From assembly GCA_963769935.1 (NCBI GenBank), contig CAVYNY010000010.1, positions 192,001 to 256,000 of the forward strand: a stretch of DNA of 64,000 nucleotides, read 5' to 3'. The stretch comes from an uncultured delta proteobacterium. GTDB taxonomy: Bacteria > Desulfobacterota > Desulfobacteria > Desulfobacterales > JAFDCJ01. The stretch's first letter is position 1, and each line of letters begins with the position of its first letter. A program made the position numbers and the translations under genes. The notes under the pieces were generated by a model. That model was not told where the DNA came from, made no database searches, and saw only the letters and a list, made by a program, of their open reading frames with translations. Shown here one piece after another: positions 18,666-29,018 of this stretch.

Positions 18666-21600
18666 TCATATCGTGCCAACCGGCAAGTCCATCAGATCGA
18701 TCAGCTCTTCACGGGTGAAGCTCTTCAGCAGCCCCGGGTCGTCCTCTTTGACCACGCTGTCCAGCAGCTTGCGTTTCCGGGCGATGAGGGCGGCGATCTT
18801 TTCCTCCAGAGTGCCTTCGGTCACCAGTTTGAAAACCTGCACCCCGCGCCGCTGGCCGATGCGATGCACGCGGTCGGTGGCCTGGTCTTCTCGGGCGGCA
18901 TTCCACCAGCGGTCATAATGGATGACCACCGAGGCGGCCACCAGGTCGATGCCGGTGCCGCCGGCTTTCAGGCTGCCGACATATACGCGGCAGTCGGGCG
19001 CCTCGTTGAAACACTCAATAAGGCTTCCCCGATTCCGGCTTTTGCCCGTCAGACAGACACAGCCCACTTTCAGCTCCCGCAAAAAAGCCTGGATGATATC
19101 GATCATGGCCAGATATTGGCTGTAAATCACTATCTTCTGGCCGCTGTCCAGGCTTTCGACCAGAAGCTCGCAGAAGAGGTCCCACTTGCCGGACCGGTAG
19201 CGGTCGTAATTCCCGGTATCCTTCTCAACCAGGGCCGGATGGTCGCAGATTTGCTTGAGCAGGTTCAGCAGGGCAAATATATGCATATAGGGCACGGGCT
19301 GGGCGTCGGATTGGAGAGCCTCCTTCAAATCGCGCCCGCGCTTTTCGACCGCATCCCGATACAGCTTGACCTGGTCGTCGCTGAGCCGGCAGGTGCGCAA
19401 ATCCTCTATTTTGGCCGGCAGCTCCGTGAGGACAGTTTGCTTGAGACGTCTGAGGGTAAACGGCGATACCAGGCGGCTGAGTTCCCGGCGGCTGGCGGCG
19501 TTTTGCTCCGCTTCGATGGGATTGACGTAGCGGCTGATGAAATCCGCGTCGGATCCCAGGTAACCCGGCGTAGTCAGGTCCAGCAGGGCCTTGAGTTCGG
19601 TGACCGTATTTTCGATGGGCGTCCCGGTGAGCCCCAGGTTCATTTGGGCGCGCACGGCTTTGGCGGCTTTATAAGTCCGGGTAGCGGAATTTTTGACGTA
19701 CTGGATCTCGTCAAACACGGCCAGGGTAAAGGAAACCTGTTTAATTTGATCGATATCGCGCAAAAGGATACCGTAGGAGGTCAGGACGGTGTTGTACTGC
19801 GCAAGCAGGCCGTCAAGATCCCGCTCTCCGCCGTGGTAGACGCCGGGCTTCAAGGCCGGGGCGTGTTCGGCAATTTTTTTCTGCCAGTGGCTGATCACCG
19901 TGGTGGGGCAGACCACCAGGAAAGGACCGGTTGCCGCATTCTGCAGCTGCAGGGCCGTCATCAGCGCCATGACCTGGTGGGTCTTGCCCAGCCCCATATC
20001 GTCGCAGAGCAGTCCGCCGAGACCATTTTCAAACAAAAACCAAAGCCACTCAACGCCCCGGACCTGGTAAGTCCGCAGCGACGTGACCTTGTCTTTTAAA
20101 TCCGGCAGGGCGGCCGCCGCCTTAAGATCGAGAAAATCCTGCAACTCAGCCGCACGCCGGCTGTCGCCTTCAATATGCAGGTCCTGTCCTTCAGCCGCAG
20201 TTAGTCGCAGCAGCTCGGTCCGGTGCAGCCGGATGCTCTGGCCGTCGCCGGCCGGCTCCGGGCCGGTTCGGTCTTTCAGCAGCTGATCCAGGATTTCGAA
20301 CTGCGGACTGTTGCAATCCACCCAACCCTCATCCGTGGCCACGTAGCGCTGTTTGGCCCGGCGGGCTTTCAGAATTTCCGCCAGCGCGATTGATTGATTG
20401 CCGGCCCCATAGCTGACCGACAGCCACAGCCAGTCGCGCTCCAGGACCCGCGGTGTGATTTCAAGCCGCTCGAATTTTTTCAGAATTTTAAGCCGTCGAA
20501 TGCTTTCGTCGACCTGGAAAGTGGTGCTTTCCAGATCAGCCGCGTGGGTATCCAGGAAGGCGGGTACCTGGCTTTTTTTAATGACGGTTTTAACCGGATC
20601 GCGAAACGATTTGGGCGGGGGCTCCGGGTAGCGGTCTTCCGCCAGAAGATTCAATTCCTTGATATAGTAGATATCCCCGTATTGATAACGTTTGAGATCT
20701 TCCCGTTGAAAAAATTTTGCCTCGCCGTTTTTCTGGATCAACCGCAGCAGGGGACTAATTTCAAGGTCCAGTTTAGCCGTGAGTTTGACATCGAAAATCG
20801 CATCCAAGTGAATAGGGCGGATGGCCAGCCCATGCTGGTTGGAGAGCATCCCGTCGCATTCCTGCAGCAGCCGCTTGACCCGACTGCGAGGAATTTCCAA
20901 TTTGAACACTTCCTTATCCTGCGGCGTGATTCCGGCAACCATGAAGGCCCCGCTGGATTCTTCGACCGCCGGCTGAAGGGTGCAGCCTTTTGAGCCGAAC
21001 TCCCGAAAGCAGTGGTAGGCAAATTTGTACCAGAAGGTTTCCTCCAGCACCTGGCGCCGGGTTTTAAGCCCGCGGTCCATCAGCACGCTTTCATTCTCCG
21101 TCAGGGTCAACAGGGAAAGCTGGCGGATAACTTCGCCCCGCGTGGGCACGGCGGCGTCCGCCGGCGGCTGGGTGCAGCGCTCCAGAAACCGCGCCCGGTC
21201 AAGTTCCCCTGAAATATAGGTCAGAAGTGTTCGGTTGCTGCTGCCGATGATCCTGACGCTGCTGCGGCCGTCGGATTTCAAGGCCGTCAGACGGATGGTG
21301 GCCGGGGTTTCGCGTTCTTCATCGGCCAGCACCGCCGCCAGGCGGTGCCAGAGTCCGGACTGGAAAGAATCATAAAAGGAGCGGCCGGCCGATGCATTCT
21401 GCCAGGCAGCCAGCACCCGTGAAAGCTCTTTCTGATGGGCGCAGGTGGCAGGGCCGGACGTTCGGCAGCTGCAAAACTGCTGAGACACCTTTTTGGGACC
21501 GCCGTCAACCTGAAAGGCAATCCCCGGCCGCCGGTCGGCCGGATCCGGCATCAGGGCCACCGCGTTGCGGTGAAATTCGAGCCGGGAAAAGTCCGCTGCT

Positions 21601-21680
21601 GGTGCAGCCGACTCTGCAGCAGCCGCTTTTTTCAAGGATCGGCGCTTGGCCTTGGCTTTTGGCTCTAATCGTTTCGTCAT
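18666..21680 (-). CDS. SWIM-domain SNF2-family helicase/ATPase
   Basis: FCSC...CAH SWIM, LCDDMGLGKT, FDEIQ, GLTGTPIEN, SLKAGGTGIDL, WWNAAREDQATDRVHRIGQ. Confidence 0.95.
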   Translation of the reverse strand: MTKRLEPKAKAKRRSLKKAAAAESAAPAADFSRLEFHRNAVALMPDPADRRPGIAFQVDGGPKKVSQQFCSCRTSGPATCAHQKELSRVLAAWQNASAGRSFYDSFQSGLWHRLAAVLADEERETPATIRLTALKSDGRSSVRIIGSSNRTLLTYISGELDRARFLERCTQPPADAAVPTRGEVIRQLSLLTLTENESVLMDRGLKTRRQVLEETFWYKFAYHCFREFGSKGCTLQPAVEESSGAFMVAGITPQDKEVFKLEIPRSRVKRLLQECDGMLSNQHGLAIRPIHLDAIFDVKLTAKLDLEISPLLRLIQKNGEAKFFQREDLKRYQYGDIYYIKELNLLAEDRYPEPPPKSFRDPVKTVIKKSQVPAFLDTHAADLESTTFQVDESIRRLKILKKFERLEITPRVLERDWLWLSVSYGAGNQSIALAEILKARRAKQRYVATDEGWVDCNSPQFEILDQLLKDRTGPEPAGDGQSIRLHRTELLRLTAAEGQDLHIEGDSRRAAELQDFLDLKAAAALPDLKDKVTSLRTYQVRGVEWLWFLFENGLGGLLCDDMGLGKTHQVMALMTALQLQNAATGPFLVVCPTTVISHWQKKIAEHAPALKPGVYHGGERDLDGLLAQYNTVLTSYGILLRDIDQIKQVSFTLAVFDEIQYVKNSATRTYKAAKAVRAQMNLGLTGTPIENTVTELKALLDLTTPGYLGSDADFISRYVNPIEAEQNAASRRELSRLVSPFTLRRLKQTVLTELPAKIEDLRTCRLSDDQVKLYRDAVEKRGRDLKEALQSDAQPVPYMHIFALLNLLKQICDHPALVEKDTGNYDRYRSGKWDLFCELLVESLDSGQKIVIYSQYLAMIDIIQAFLRELKVGCVCLTGKSRNRGSLIECFNEAPDCRVYVGSLKAGGTGIDLVAASVVIHYDRWWNAAREDQATDRVHRIGQRRGVQVFKLVTEGTLEEKIAALIARKRKLLDSVVKEDDPGLLKSFTREELIDLMDLPVGTI
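18948..19073. repeat. Source copy of the 126-bp repeat (helicase motif V region)
   Basis: Identical to 1993-2118 except for one base. Confidence 0.97.
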
Positions 21681-21738
21681 AATATTAAAATCCTATTACC
21701 GGCAATTTTAAACGGGTTTGAAACGGTAGTGGCTTCAA

Positions 21739-21767
21739 CAGATAACTGCATAGGTTGCATCTGTCAA
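21739..21767 (-). promoter_or_regulatory. Candidate sigma70 promoter for the SNF2 gene
   Basis: TTGACA-17 bp-TATCTG on the minus strand, about 60 bp upstream of the ATG. Confidence 0.5.
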
Positions 21768-21982
21768 GGGGGCAGAAAATAGATTGCATACCCGCCCATG
21801 TTCCTATAAGTCATCTTAAGTAACCATCCAAGAATCAAAAGAAGAGTTGCCGAAAAGTCTCGAAAGTCTCAGTCCTGGGGTACTGAAGTGAGGGAATATG
21901 GGCGTATTGGAAAAAAAAAGCAATTTATACCGCCAACGCCAAACTGGAGAATGTTAAAGCGATGGTGGCCGTCGCGCTGGGG

Positions 21983-22112
21983 TATAGAGCATAGAGCACA
22001 AAGCGCATAGAGCATAGGGATCATGGCCGTCGCGCAGGAATAGCAACATGAAATCAAATACTCTTTTCAGCTTAACAGCTCAGGAGCTTATCAACTAATT
22101 AGCTATAAGCTT
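21983..22112. repeat. Short tandem heptamer tracts (ATAGAGC / TCAGCTT-like)
   Basis: atagagcatagagcacaaagcgcatagagcatagg. A reverse-complement-like tract lies at about 48616-48645. Confidence 0.6.
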
Positions 22113-22853
22113 TCAAAATTTGATCCATCTGGGTGCCGGCTGCACCCATCGATTCGTACCGCCGTCGTAAAACCACTTGTCGGGAAAACCGCGCCGCAGG
22201 ATAAATATGGGATTTTCCGACCATTTGATAATCTGCTCATAAGCTTCATGAATCTTTCTGAAGACCGTCGCATTGCCGCCCAGATCGGGATGATGCTGCA
22301 TTGCCTGTTTGCGGTAGGCCGACTTTATTTTTCTTTGAAGTTCCGGCGAATTCAGATCGGATTTTTTTAGTTTTAAAAACGTCAGGGATTTTGAAAGTCG
22401 GGCCGGTTCTCTTACCGTCATGGGCCTGATGGGTACCGAATCGGCACTTTTGCTCTCGGCCTTTTCGAGCAAAAACTGCGTGGCACGATAGCGTTTGTTG
22501 GTGCGGTTTCTTTCAGCCCACCACGCATTTCCCAGGATATTGGACAAGACACTATAGTCTTCAACCGGTTTTCGGCCATGGGTCCGCGGGTAAAGATAAC
22601 TGAACAGGTCTCCGGACCCATACGGCAGAACGTCCAGAATGATCACGGAATCGGTAAAATAAAATGTGGCATACCTTGTATTCAACGCTTTGAGCAGGCC
22701 GGTTCTCAGGTTCAAATGGTAGCGCAGCTTCTGTCGACAATCGATATTGCAATACCTGCGCCGCGTCATGTTTTCAGACGTACCGCATGACAGACAGCGA
22801 TTTGTTTTCGAACCGGTCGAATAAATGATTTGATTTTTAATGGCGGAATCCAT
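22113..22853 (-). CDS. J-domain protein with an N-terminal Cys4 zinc-finger-like motif
   Basis: IKSAYRKQAMQHHPDLGG with HPD. N-terminal CLSC...YCNIDC. Confidence 0.85.
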   Translation of the reverse strand: MDSAIKNQIIYSTGSKTNRCLSCGTSENMTRRRYCNIDCRQKLRYHLNLRTGLLKALNTRYATFYFTDSVIILDVLPYGSGDLFSYLYPRTHGRKPVEDYSVLSNILGNAWWAERNRTNKRYRATQFLLEKAESKSADSVPIRPMTVREPARLSKSLTFLKLKKSDLNSPELQRKIKSAYRKQAMQHHPDLGGNATVFRKIHEAYEQIIKWSENPIFILRRGFPDKWFYDGGTNRWVQPAPRWIKF

Positions 22854-23014
22854 AGGTATAAAAATTCGTTCTTTTTTGAGAGATCACATCATATCATGGT
22901 TGGGTTCGCAAGGTCAAAGGGCAACCGGCCTCATTTTGACCTTCTTTATGCTTGCCAAATTTGATAACAAAAAATAATATAAGGTAAATTTCGGCTATTG
23001 GAGGAGGAAAACAA

Positions 23015-24499
23015 ATGAAAAAAACCGCTTTGGCATATAAATCCATGCTTATTCGCATCCTGCTGTCCCTTGCTCTAATATCTTTGCTGGGCTGCGCCGG
23101 GCACCAGCTGGAAGTGGAACCGATTTCCAAATCAGAAAACCCCCAGGAATTGATAAACCAACTGGACAATGATATTGCGCTGGCGCGCAAAAATCAGATC
23201 AATGTGCTGGCACCCACCTGGTTTGAAAGAGCAGATTCTTCTCTCAAAACGGCCAAACAAGGCCTGGAAAAAGGTGATCAGCTTTCGAAAATTCTTGATA
23301 ATATCGCAACCGGTCGAGCTCAGCTTCACCGTGCCGAAGAAATCGCCAAAGTCGCGCAAACCACGCTGCCGAATGCCATCAAAGCCCGCGATATGGCCCG
23401 GGAAGCCGGTGCGACAAATCTGGGCCAAGAATATGCCGATGCCGAGGAGAGATTTATCGGCCTCACCCGGGCCATTGAAGACAACAATCTGAATTACGCC
23501 CAACGCAATCAGGCCAGCGTGGTTGAAAATTTCAGGGTCGTCGAATTGCGGGCCATTAAGATCCAGACCATCGGCGAAGTCCGCCGGTTGATAGAGTCGG
23601 CCCGGAAACAGGGCATGCAAAAAATTGCGCCGCAGTCCTACGCCCTGGCCCAGCAGAAACTGGCCGAGGCAGATGCTTTTATCACCCAAAATCCTTACCA
23701 GAAAGAAAAAATGCATCAACTGGCTGCCGAGGCGCTTTTCATAGCCCAGCGGCTGCACATTGTCGCCCAACAAAGTGTGAAATTGGAAGACATGGAGCCC
23801 GAACAGATCACCCTTTGGGCGGAAGGGATGTTGTACCAGGTTTCCGAAAATCTCGGCGCTCAGGACATGCGCAATCAGCCCTTTAACAGACAGCTTGAAA
23901 ATATACTCGCCACCGTGTCCGCGCAACATGCCGATCATGATTTCATGGTCGAAAACAACAAAAAACAGCAGAGCGAAATCGAAACTCTGCAGCAGCAGGT
24001 TGCCGGCCTGGAAGGTCAATCCCTCAAGGAACATCAGGAAAAAGAGCGGCTGCTGGCCGACAAGCGATTTAATGAAAAACTCGGCAGCATCCAGCACTTT
24101 TTCAAACCCAACGAGGCCGAGGTTTACAAAAAAGAAAATCAGGTCATTATCCGGTTGAAGGCCATGCAGTTTCCTGTGGGGCAGAGCGTCATTATGCCGG
24201 AAAATTACGAACTGTTGAGCAAGGTTCAGCGTGCCATACGAACTTTCGGCGAACCGGAGGTCATCATCGGAGGCCATACGGACAGCACCGGCTCGGAAGA
24301 TTTAAACGAGCACCTGTCGCAGAAGCGGGCGGATGCCGTGCGGCAATATTTCGTAGCGAACGGAACCCTGCCGTATGAGAAGATCATCGCCGTCGGTTAC
24401 GGATCCATGCGCCCGCTGGCTTCCAATGCCACGGAAAGCGGACGCGCAATAAACCGGCGCATCGATGTCATTATTACGCCGGAAGTCAAACAGAATTAA
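23015..24499 (+). CDS. OmpA-family lipoprotein with a long helical N-terminal region
   Basis: Lipobox LLGC, GHTDSTGS...NEHLSQKRADAV and INRRIDV. RBS GGAGG. Confidence 0.9.
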   Translation: MKKTALAYKSMLIRILLSLALISLLGCAGHQLEVEPISKSENPQELINQLDNDIALARKNQINVLAPTWFERADSSLKTAKQGLEKGDQLSKILDNIATGRAQLHRAEEIAKVAQTTLPNAIKARDMAREAGATNLGQEYADAEERFIGLTRAIEDNNLNYAQRNQASVVENFRVVELRAIKIQTIGEVRRLIESARKQGMQKIAPQSYALAQQKLAEADAFITQNPYQKEKMHQLAAEALFIAQRLHIVAQQSVKLEDMEPEQITLWAEGMLYQVSENLGAQDMRNQPFNRQLENILATVSAQHADHDFMVENNKKQQSEIETLQQQVAGLEGQSLKEHQEKERLLADKRFNEKLGSIQHFFKPNEAEVYKKENQVIIRLKAMQFPVGQSVIMPENYELLSKVQRAIRTFGEPEVIIGGHTDSTGSEDLNEHLSQKRADAVRQYFVANGTLPYEKIIAVGYGSMRPLASNATESGRAINRRIDVIITPEVKQN

Positions 24500-24515
24500 T
24501 AAGATGGCTTGTGAT

Positions 24516-24622
24516 CTAAATTGTCTAAAATGCCTAAAATTAAGGAAAAGCTGCGCTCGATCTCTTTTTAAAGATTGACAGCATGCCAAAATTTTAGCTC
24601 ATTTTAGTTCATTTCAGATTTT
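24516..24622. repeat. Inverted arrangement of roughly 9-mer AAAATGCCT-type intergenic repeats
   Basis: TGCCTAAAATTAAGGA is identical at 24531-24546 and 31799-31814. The right arm ATTTTAGCTCATTTTAG is inverted. Confidence 0.65.
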
Positions 24623-24661
24623 TGATCATTTTCTCAAGTAAAATCTGGAGGTCGGATTACT

Positions 24662-26263
24662 GTGGACATTATCTTTTACAACGGCAGGATCAACACTCTG
24701 AATGAATCCTCAAAAGTCTGCACCGCAGTAGGCGCTGCCAACGGCATTGTCGCCGCCTTGGGCTCCGACGCAGAATTGCACCGGTTGATGGGAGCCAAAA
24801 CCGAAACGGTTGATTTGAAGGGGGCTGTTATGTTCCCGGGGTTCATGGAAGCCCACAATCATCTGATGATTTACGCGTATTTGATTGACGGGATCGATCT
24901 GTCGGCCGCCAGAGCCGCCCGAATGGATGACATTCTCAGCCTGGTAAAATCAGAAACTGAAAAACATCCGCCCGGCACCTGGATCAAAGGATCCCGTTAT
25001 GCCGAATACTTCTTAGCCGAGAACAGACACCCGACCCGCCGGGACCTGGATCAGGTCAGTCCGCAACACCCGGTGGTTATCTATCACACATCGTTTCATG
25101 CCTGCGTTCTAAACAGTCTTGGGTTAAAGATCCTGGGCATCGACCGTGAGACCGAATCCCCGCCGGGCGGCATCATTGAAAAAGATCCCGCCGACGGAGA
25201 GCCCAGCGGCGTGCTGCACGATAATGCCATGACGAGTGTATTCAACACGCTGTTTTTTGACGATCTGGCAGCCATGACCCGGCAGCAGCGCGTCGCGCTT
25301 TGCAGCGCAGCCACGCAATCATTTGCCGGTCAGGGTTTGGTGTTTGCAGCCGATGCCATGGTAACCCCGCAGACGCTGGAGATATATCAGGATACCCGGG
25401 CGGCCGGTCAGCTTAACATTCGAATTTACACCATGAACCACGACATCATGGCCGAATCGCTGGTCGACGCGCGCATCAAGACCGGATTCGGATGCCCGCA
25501 GCTGCGTATCGGTCCCATTAAAATCTTTGCCGACGGCGGCATGTCCAACCGCACGGCAGCCGTCGGCCAACCCTATTTGACACCACCCTACGGCCAGGGG
25601 CTTAAAATTCAAAGCCCGGAGGAGTTGATCACAACCGTCAAAAGGTATCACGAACTGGGTTATCAGATCGCCATTCACGCCCAGGGTGATGCCGGTATCG
25701 GTGATACGCTGGATGCCTTTGAAGCTGTCTTGGGTCCCCGATCCGGCAATCCCCAGCGGCACCGGATCGAACACGGCGGCTGCCTTTATCCCGATCTGTT
25801 GAAACGGGCGGCGGCGATGAACATCGCGGTCGCCGTCCAGCCTGTTTTTTTCAGTGAGCTGGGAGACGGTTTTCTGGAAGCATTCGGGGTCGATCTGGCC
25901 CAAAAGCTGTATCCCTTCAAAAGCATGCTTGCGGCCGGCATCAAAATCGGCGGCAGCTCGGACTGTCCGGTCTGCAATCCGGATCCCCGGCTCGGGCTGC
26001 GGGATGCCGTATTGCGGCGGTCGCCGTCGGGTGAAGTCATCGGGAACCGGGAAGCGCTTACCATGGATGAGGCCATCGGCCTGTATACGCAGGGCGCCGC
26101 CTACCTTTCATTCGACGAAAACCACAACGGAAGCATCGCGCCGGGCAAACGGGCGGACTTCACGGTAATGGCCGCTGACCCTCGCGCGGTTAAACCGGAA
26201 GAGGTGCCGGAAATTCCCTTTACCATGACGGTCGTGGACGGAAAAATTGTATGGCCGGCGTAA
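24662..26263 (+). CDS. Amidohydrolase family 3 (YtcJ-like)
   Basis: PGFMEAHNH, KIFADGG, IHAQGD, RHRIEH, GSSDCPV, GSIAPGKRADF. Confidence 0.92.
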   Translation: MDIIFYNGRINTLNESSKVCTAVGAANGIVAALGSDAELHRLMGAKTETVDLKGAVMFPGFMEAHNHLMIYAYLIDGIDLSAARAARMDDILSLVKSETEKHPPGTWIKGSRYAEYFLAENRHPTRRDLDQVSPQHPVVIYHTSFHACVLNSLGLKILGIDRETESPPGGIIEKDPADGEPSGVLHDNAMTSVFNTLFFDDLAAMTRQQRVALCSAATQSFAGQGLVFAADAMVTPQTLEIYQDTRAAGQLNIRIYTMNHDIMAESLVDARIKTGFGCPQLRIGPIKIFADGGMSNRTAAVGQPYLTPPYGQGLKIQSPEELITTVKRYHELGYQIAIHAQGDAGIGDTLDAFEAVLGPRSGNPQRHRIEHGGCLYPDLLKRAAAMNIAVAVQPVFFSELGDGFLEAFGVDLAQKLYPFKSMLAAGIKIGGSSDCPVCNPDPRLGLRDAVLRRSPSGEVIGNREALTMDEAIGLYTQGAAYLSFDENHNGSIAPGKRADFTVMAADPRAVKPEEVPEIPFTMTVVDGKIVWPA

Positions 26264-26409
26264 GGCAGGCTGAAAATTCCGGATTCCCGGCCGGCCGGCG
26301 ATGGCGCAGCGGCCGGAATGTTGTTATTTTTTATACAAAATAAAAGAGGTTGCGGATCGTTTAAGCAACAAGTCTAAAATCCCCCTTTTTGCTCTGCAAG
26401 GTAACAGCG

Positions 26410-28053
26410 ATGAAAACCAGGGAACATATTAAATGCTTCTGTTCTTTCTGGAAGCCGACCGTGGCAAGACGCATCACGCTATATTTTCTGCTGTTTGGCG
26501 TGATTATCTTTTTTGTGACCTCCGTGCTCTTCACCATCGCCGGCAAAAAAGAATTCATGGAATCAGCCAGCAAGGTTATTCATCACCAGCTATCCCAACT
26601 GGAAAACAGCAATGAACCGGATTTTATCTGGCACAGCATTAGTCAATCAAAACCGGAATTGCACGGCCTGCTGGAGATTCTGGCCAGCCTGTCTTCAACC
26701 TTCTATACGGTTAAAGATATTTCCATTTACAGCAAAAAGGCGGACGGCGCATCCTGGTACCGCCTGTATTTCCCGGATGGCCCGACGCTGATGTCCGAAC
26801 CCATTGCCGAGGATGCTTACACCAAAACGCTGGACAGCTGGCTGGGGCATCGCTTCCGGCCGGCGAAGGTCAAGATCATGACCGCCGATGGTTCGCGTTC
26901 CATGTTCGTCAATATCACCGGCTCCCAAGACACGCATGACTATTTTTTGAAAATCGGCGTCGACAGCGAAGGCATGATCGGCTTCATGCACAAACAGGTT
27001 AAGCTATTGATTGTATTTTTCCTGATCGCTTTGTTCCTTCTGCGGTTTATAGGATACTTTTTTGCACGCAGGATTGCCGGCCCCATAGAAACCCTATCAG
27101 AGATTTCCTCCGATGTTGCCAGAGGGGACCTGTCAAAGCTGGCGCCGGTAAACACCCATGATGAAATCGGGGAATTGGCCAAAAACTTCAACCACATGAT
27201 CGAAGGCCTGCGGGAGTGGGAGCGAATTAAAATAATTGAGTTTGAAATGGAAAAGGGTCAAAAAATACAGCGCGATTTTTTGCCCAGTACCATCCCCCAC
27301 TTACCCGACTGGAACATCGCGACCTGCTTCTTTCCGGCCGGCAAAGTCTCGGGGGATTTTTACGATGTGTTCCAACTTTCCGACGGCAACATCGGTCTGG
27401 TTATCGCCGATGTCTGCGACAAAGGTGTCGGTTCCGCCCTTTATATGGCCTTGTTCCGCAGCCTGATCCGGGTATTTGCCGAACAGGCGGCTTACAGCGA
27501 CGCGTCGGCCATCACGCAACTCAACCAACCCCGGACGACCAATTCCCAGGCTCTAACCGCAGAAGACCGGCAAAAAATCCGATTGAGGGCTGTGCCATTT
27601 ACCAATAATTACATCGCTCAAACCCACGGCGAGGAGAGCATGTTTGCCACTTTGTTTTTCGGCGTGCTGAATCCTGAAACCGGAATACTGTATTATATTA
27701 ACGGCGGCCACGAGCCGCTGTACCTGGCGAACGCTCAAGGCGTAAAGCAGAAAATCGATCCCACCGGGCCGGCCGTGGGGCTTTGGCCTGATACCGCCTA
27801 TGACATGGGCCGCATCAGGATGGAGCCGGGGGACATGTTGCTCGGCTATACGGATGGCGTTACCGAAGCGCGTTCGCCTGCCGATGAGATATTTACCAGG
27901 AGCCGGTTGCGCTCACTCATTGAGCAGCCATTTTCCACCGCCGCAGAATTGCTGGAACGCATCAAAGCCAACCTGTTTACCTTCATCGATATTGCCCCCC
28001 GACATGATGATGTGACCATGCTGGCCGTTCAGCGGGTTGTTAATGCAGGATAG
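26410..28053 (+). CDS. Membrane HAMP + PP2C/SpoIIE (RsbU-like) serine phosphatase
   Basis: Two TM segments, HAMP (DEIGELAKNFNHM), SGDFYD, IADVCDKG, YTDGVTEA, DDVTML. Confidence 0.92.
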   Translation: MKTREHIKCFCSFWKPTVARRITLYFLLFGVIIFFVTSVLFTIAGKKEFMESASKVIHHQLSQLENSNEPDFIWHSISQSKPELHGLLEILASLSSTFYTVKDISIYSKKADGASWYRLYFPDGPTLMSEPIAEDAYTKTLDSWLGHRFRPAKVKIMTADGSRSMFVNITGSQDTHDYFLKIGVDSEGMIGFMHKQVKLLIVFFLIALFLLRFIGYFFARRIAGPIETLSEISSDVARGDLSKLAPVNTHDEIGELAKNFNHMIEGLREWERIKIIEFEMEKGQKIQRDFLPSTIPHLPDWNIATCFFPAGKVSGDFYDVFQLSDGNIGLVIADVCDKGVGSALYMALFRSLIRVFAEQAAYSDASAITQLNQPRTTNSQALTAEDRQKIRLRAVPFTNNYIAQTHGEESMFATLFFGVLNPETGILYYINGGHEPLYLANAQGVKQKIDPTGPAVGLWPDTAYDMGRIRMEPGDMLLGYTDGVTEARSPADEIFTRSRLRSLIEQPFSTAAELLERIKANLFTFIDIAPRHDDVTMLAVQRVVNAG

Positions 28054-28237
28054 GGAAAAGAATCTACTGATTTATAACAAAATTATTTGTTCATCAAAGA
28101 TGGATCATAGTTGAACGACCAAAATAAACTTGATATATTTTTTGGGATTTTATTGGAAGCTCCTCGGAGAACCCCGTCAGAATTAAAATTGAATCAAAAC
28201 CGGATTGACTGATAACCCCAAAAAATAAGGAGTGAAG

Positions 28238-28699
28238 ATGGCTAAAAAAGACCAGTTTCTGACCACCGGAGAATTTGCATCACAGGCAGGGATACCGACT
28301 TCATCCGTTGCTAAATTGATCAAAGATGGCAAAATCAAGGCTGAAAAAAAATCCGGCAAATGGCTGATCGACCCCAGCCAGCTAAACACAGAGGCTGTTA
28401 AGGAGTTAAACAGAACCAACAAGCCGGCTGCCAGGAAAAAAACTGCCACGCCCAAAGAGAAAAAATCCGCCGGCCAAAAACCGTCTCCGCCCAAAGAGGA
28501 AAAACCTCTGAAGGCGGAGAAATCTGCCGGGAAGACCTATACCCTGGCTGAATTTGTCGCGATGACCTACTTGACCGAATTCGGCGTGCAGGAGTGGTTA
28601 AAACAGGGCCGTCTAACCGGTAAACAGGGTGCTGGTGGAGAGTGGCAGATCGATGCCGCCAACCTTGAGATAGCGGATGTAAGGCGTTTGCTCAGATAA
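28238..28699 (+). CDS. Tandem excisionase/MerR-like HTH protein with a Lys-rich linker
   Basis: FLTTGEFA...LIKDGKIKAEK..GKWLID and YTLAEFVA...WLKQGRLTG...EWQID, separated by a K/P/A-rich stretch. RBS AAGGAG. Confidence 0.8.
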   Translation: MAKKDQFLTTGEFASQAGIPTSSVAKLIKDGKIKAEKKSGKWLIDPSQLNTEAVKELNRTNKPAARKKTATPKEKKSAGQKPSPPKEEKPLKAEKSAGKTYTLAEFVAMTYLTEFGVQEWLKQGRLTGKQGAGGEWQIDAANLEIADVRRLLR

Positions 28700-28829
28700 A
28701 TGCAGAACGCTAATTACTCCGCCTTAAAAAATATCATATTCAGGGTTGTGGACGAGTCTTTAAAATCGGACGAGGATGTTATATTCAAACCTGGTATCGT
28801 TATTTTAAGGGCTTTAAGTAATTACGAAA

Positions 28830-28863
28830 AGAAAGGCAGAGTCGATAAGGACCCTGCCTTTCT
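28830..28863. terminator. Intrinsic terminator-like hairpin
   Basis: AGAAAGGCAG...CTGCCTTTCT inverted repeat. Confidence 0.6.
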
Positions 28864-29018
28864 GATAGAAGGGCTTCCCAGAGTGCCGTTATTTTCACTT
28901 GGCCGGCTTCTCATTCTGGTAGAAACGGAAACCCACCGGAAAAGATGCACGCACACCAGGGAAGCCAATAATTTTCTTGACCGATTGCAGACGCTTGTGT
29001 ATTGATTCCTGCTTATTT

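Noticed and set aside
1993..19073. 126-bp repeat pair as a diversity-generating retroelement TR/VR
   Set aside because: Only one mismatch, no reverse transcriptase in the window, and the target is a conserved helicase core rather than a variable C-terminal domain.
1993..19073. 126-bp repeat pair as attL/attR of an integrated element
   Set aside because: No integrase, and no displaced snf2 3' end beside the left copy.
18666..22853. SNF2 helicase plus J-domain gene as an anti-phage system
   Set aside because: No nuclease, methylase or other defence-type partner nearby. The SWIM-SNF2 type is a common chromosomal gene.
28700..29005. 101-aa ORF after the HTH gene
   Set aside because: Runs through a terminator-like hairpin, has no RBS and has no recognisable motif.
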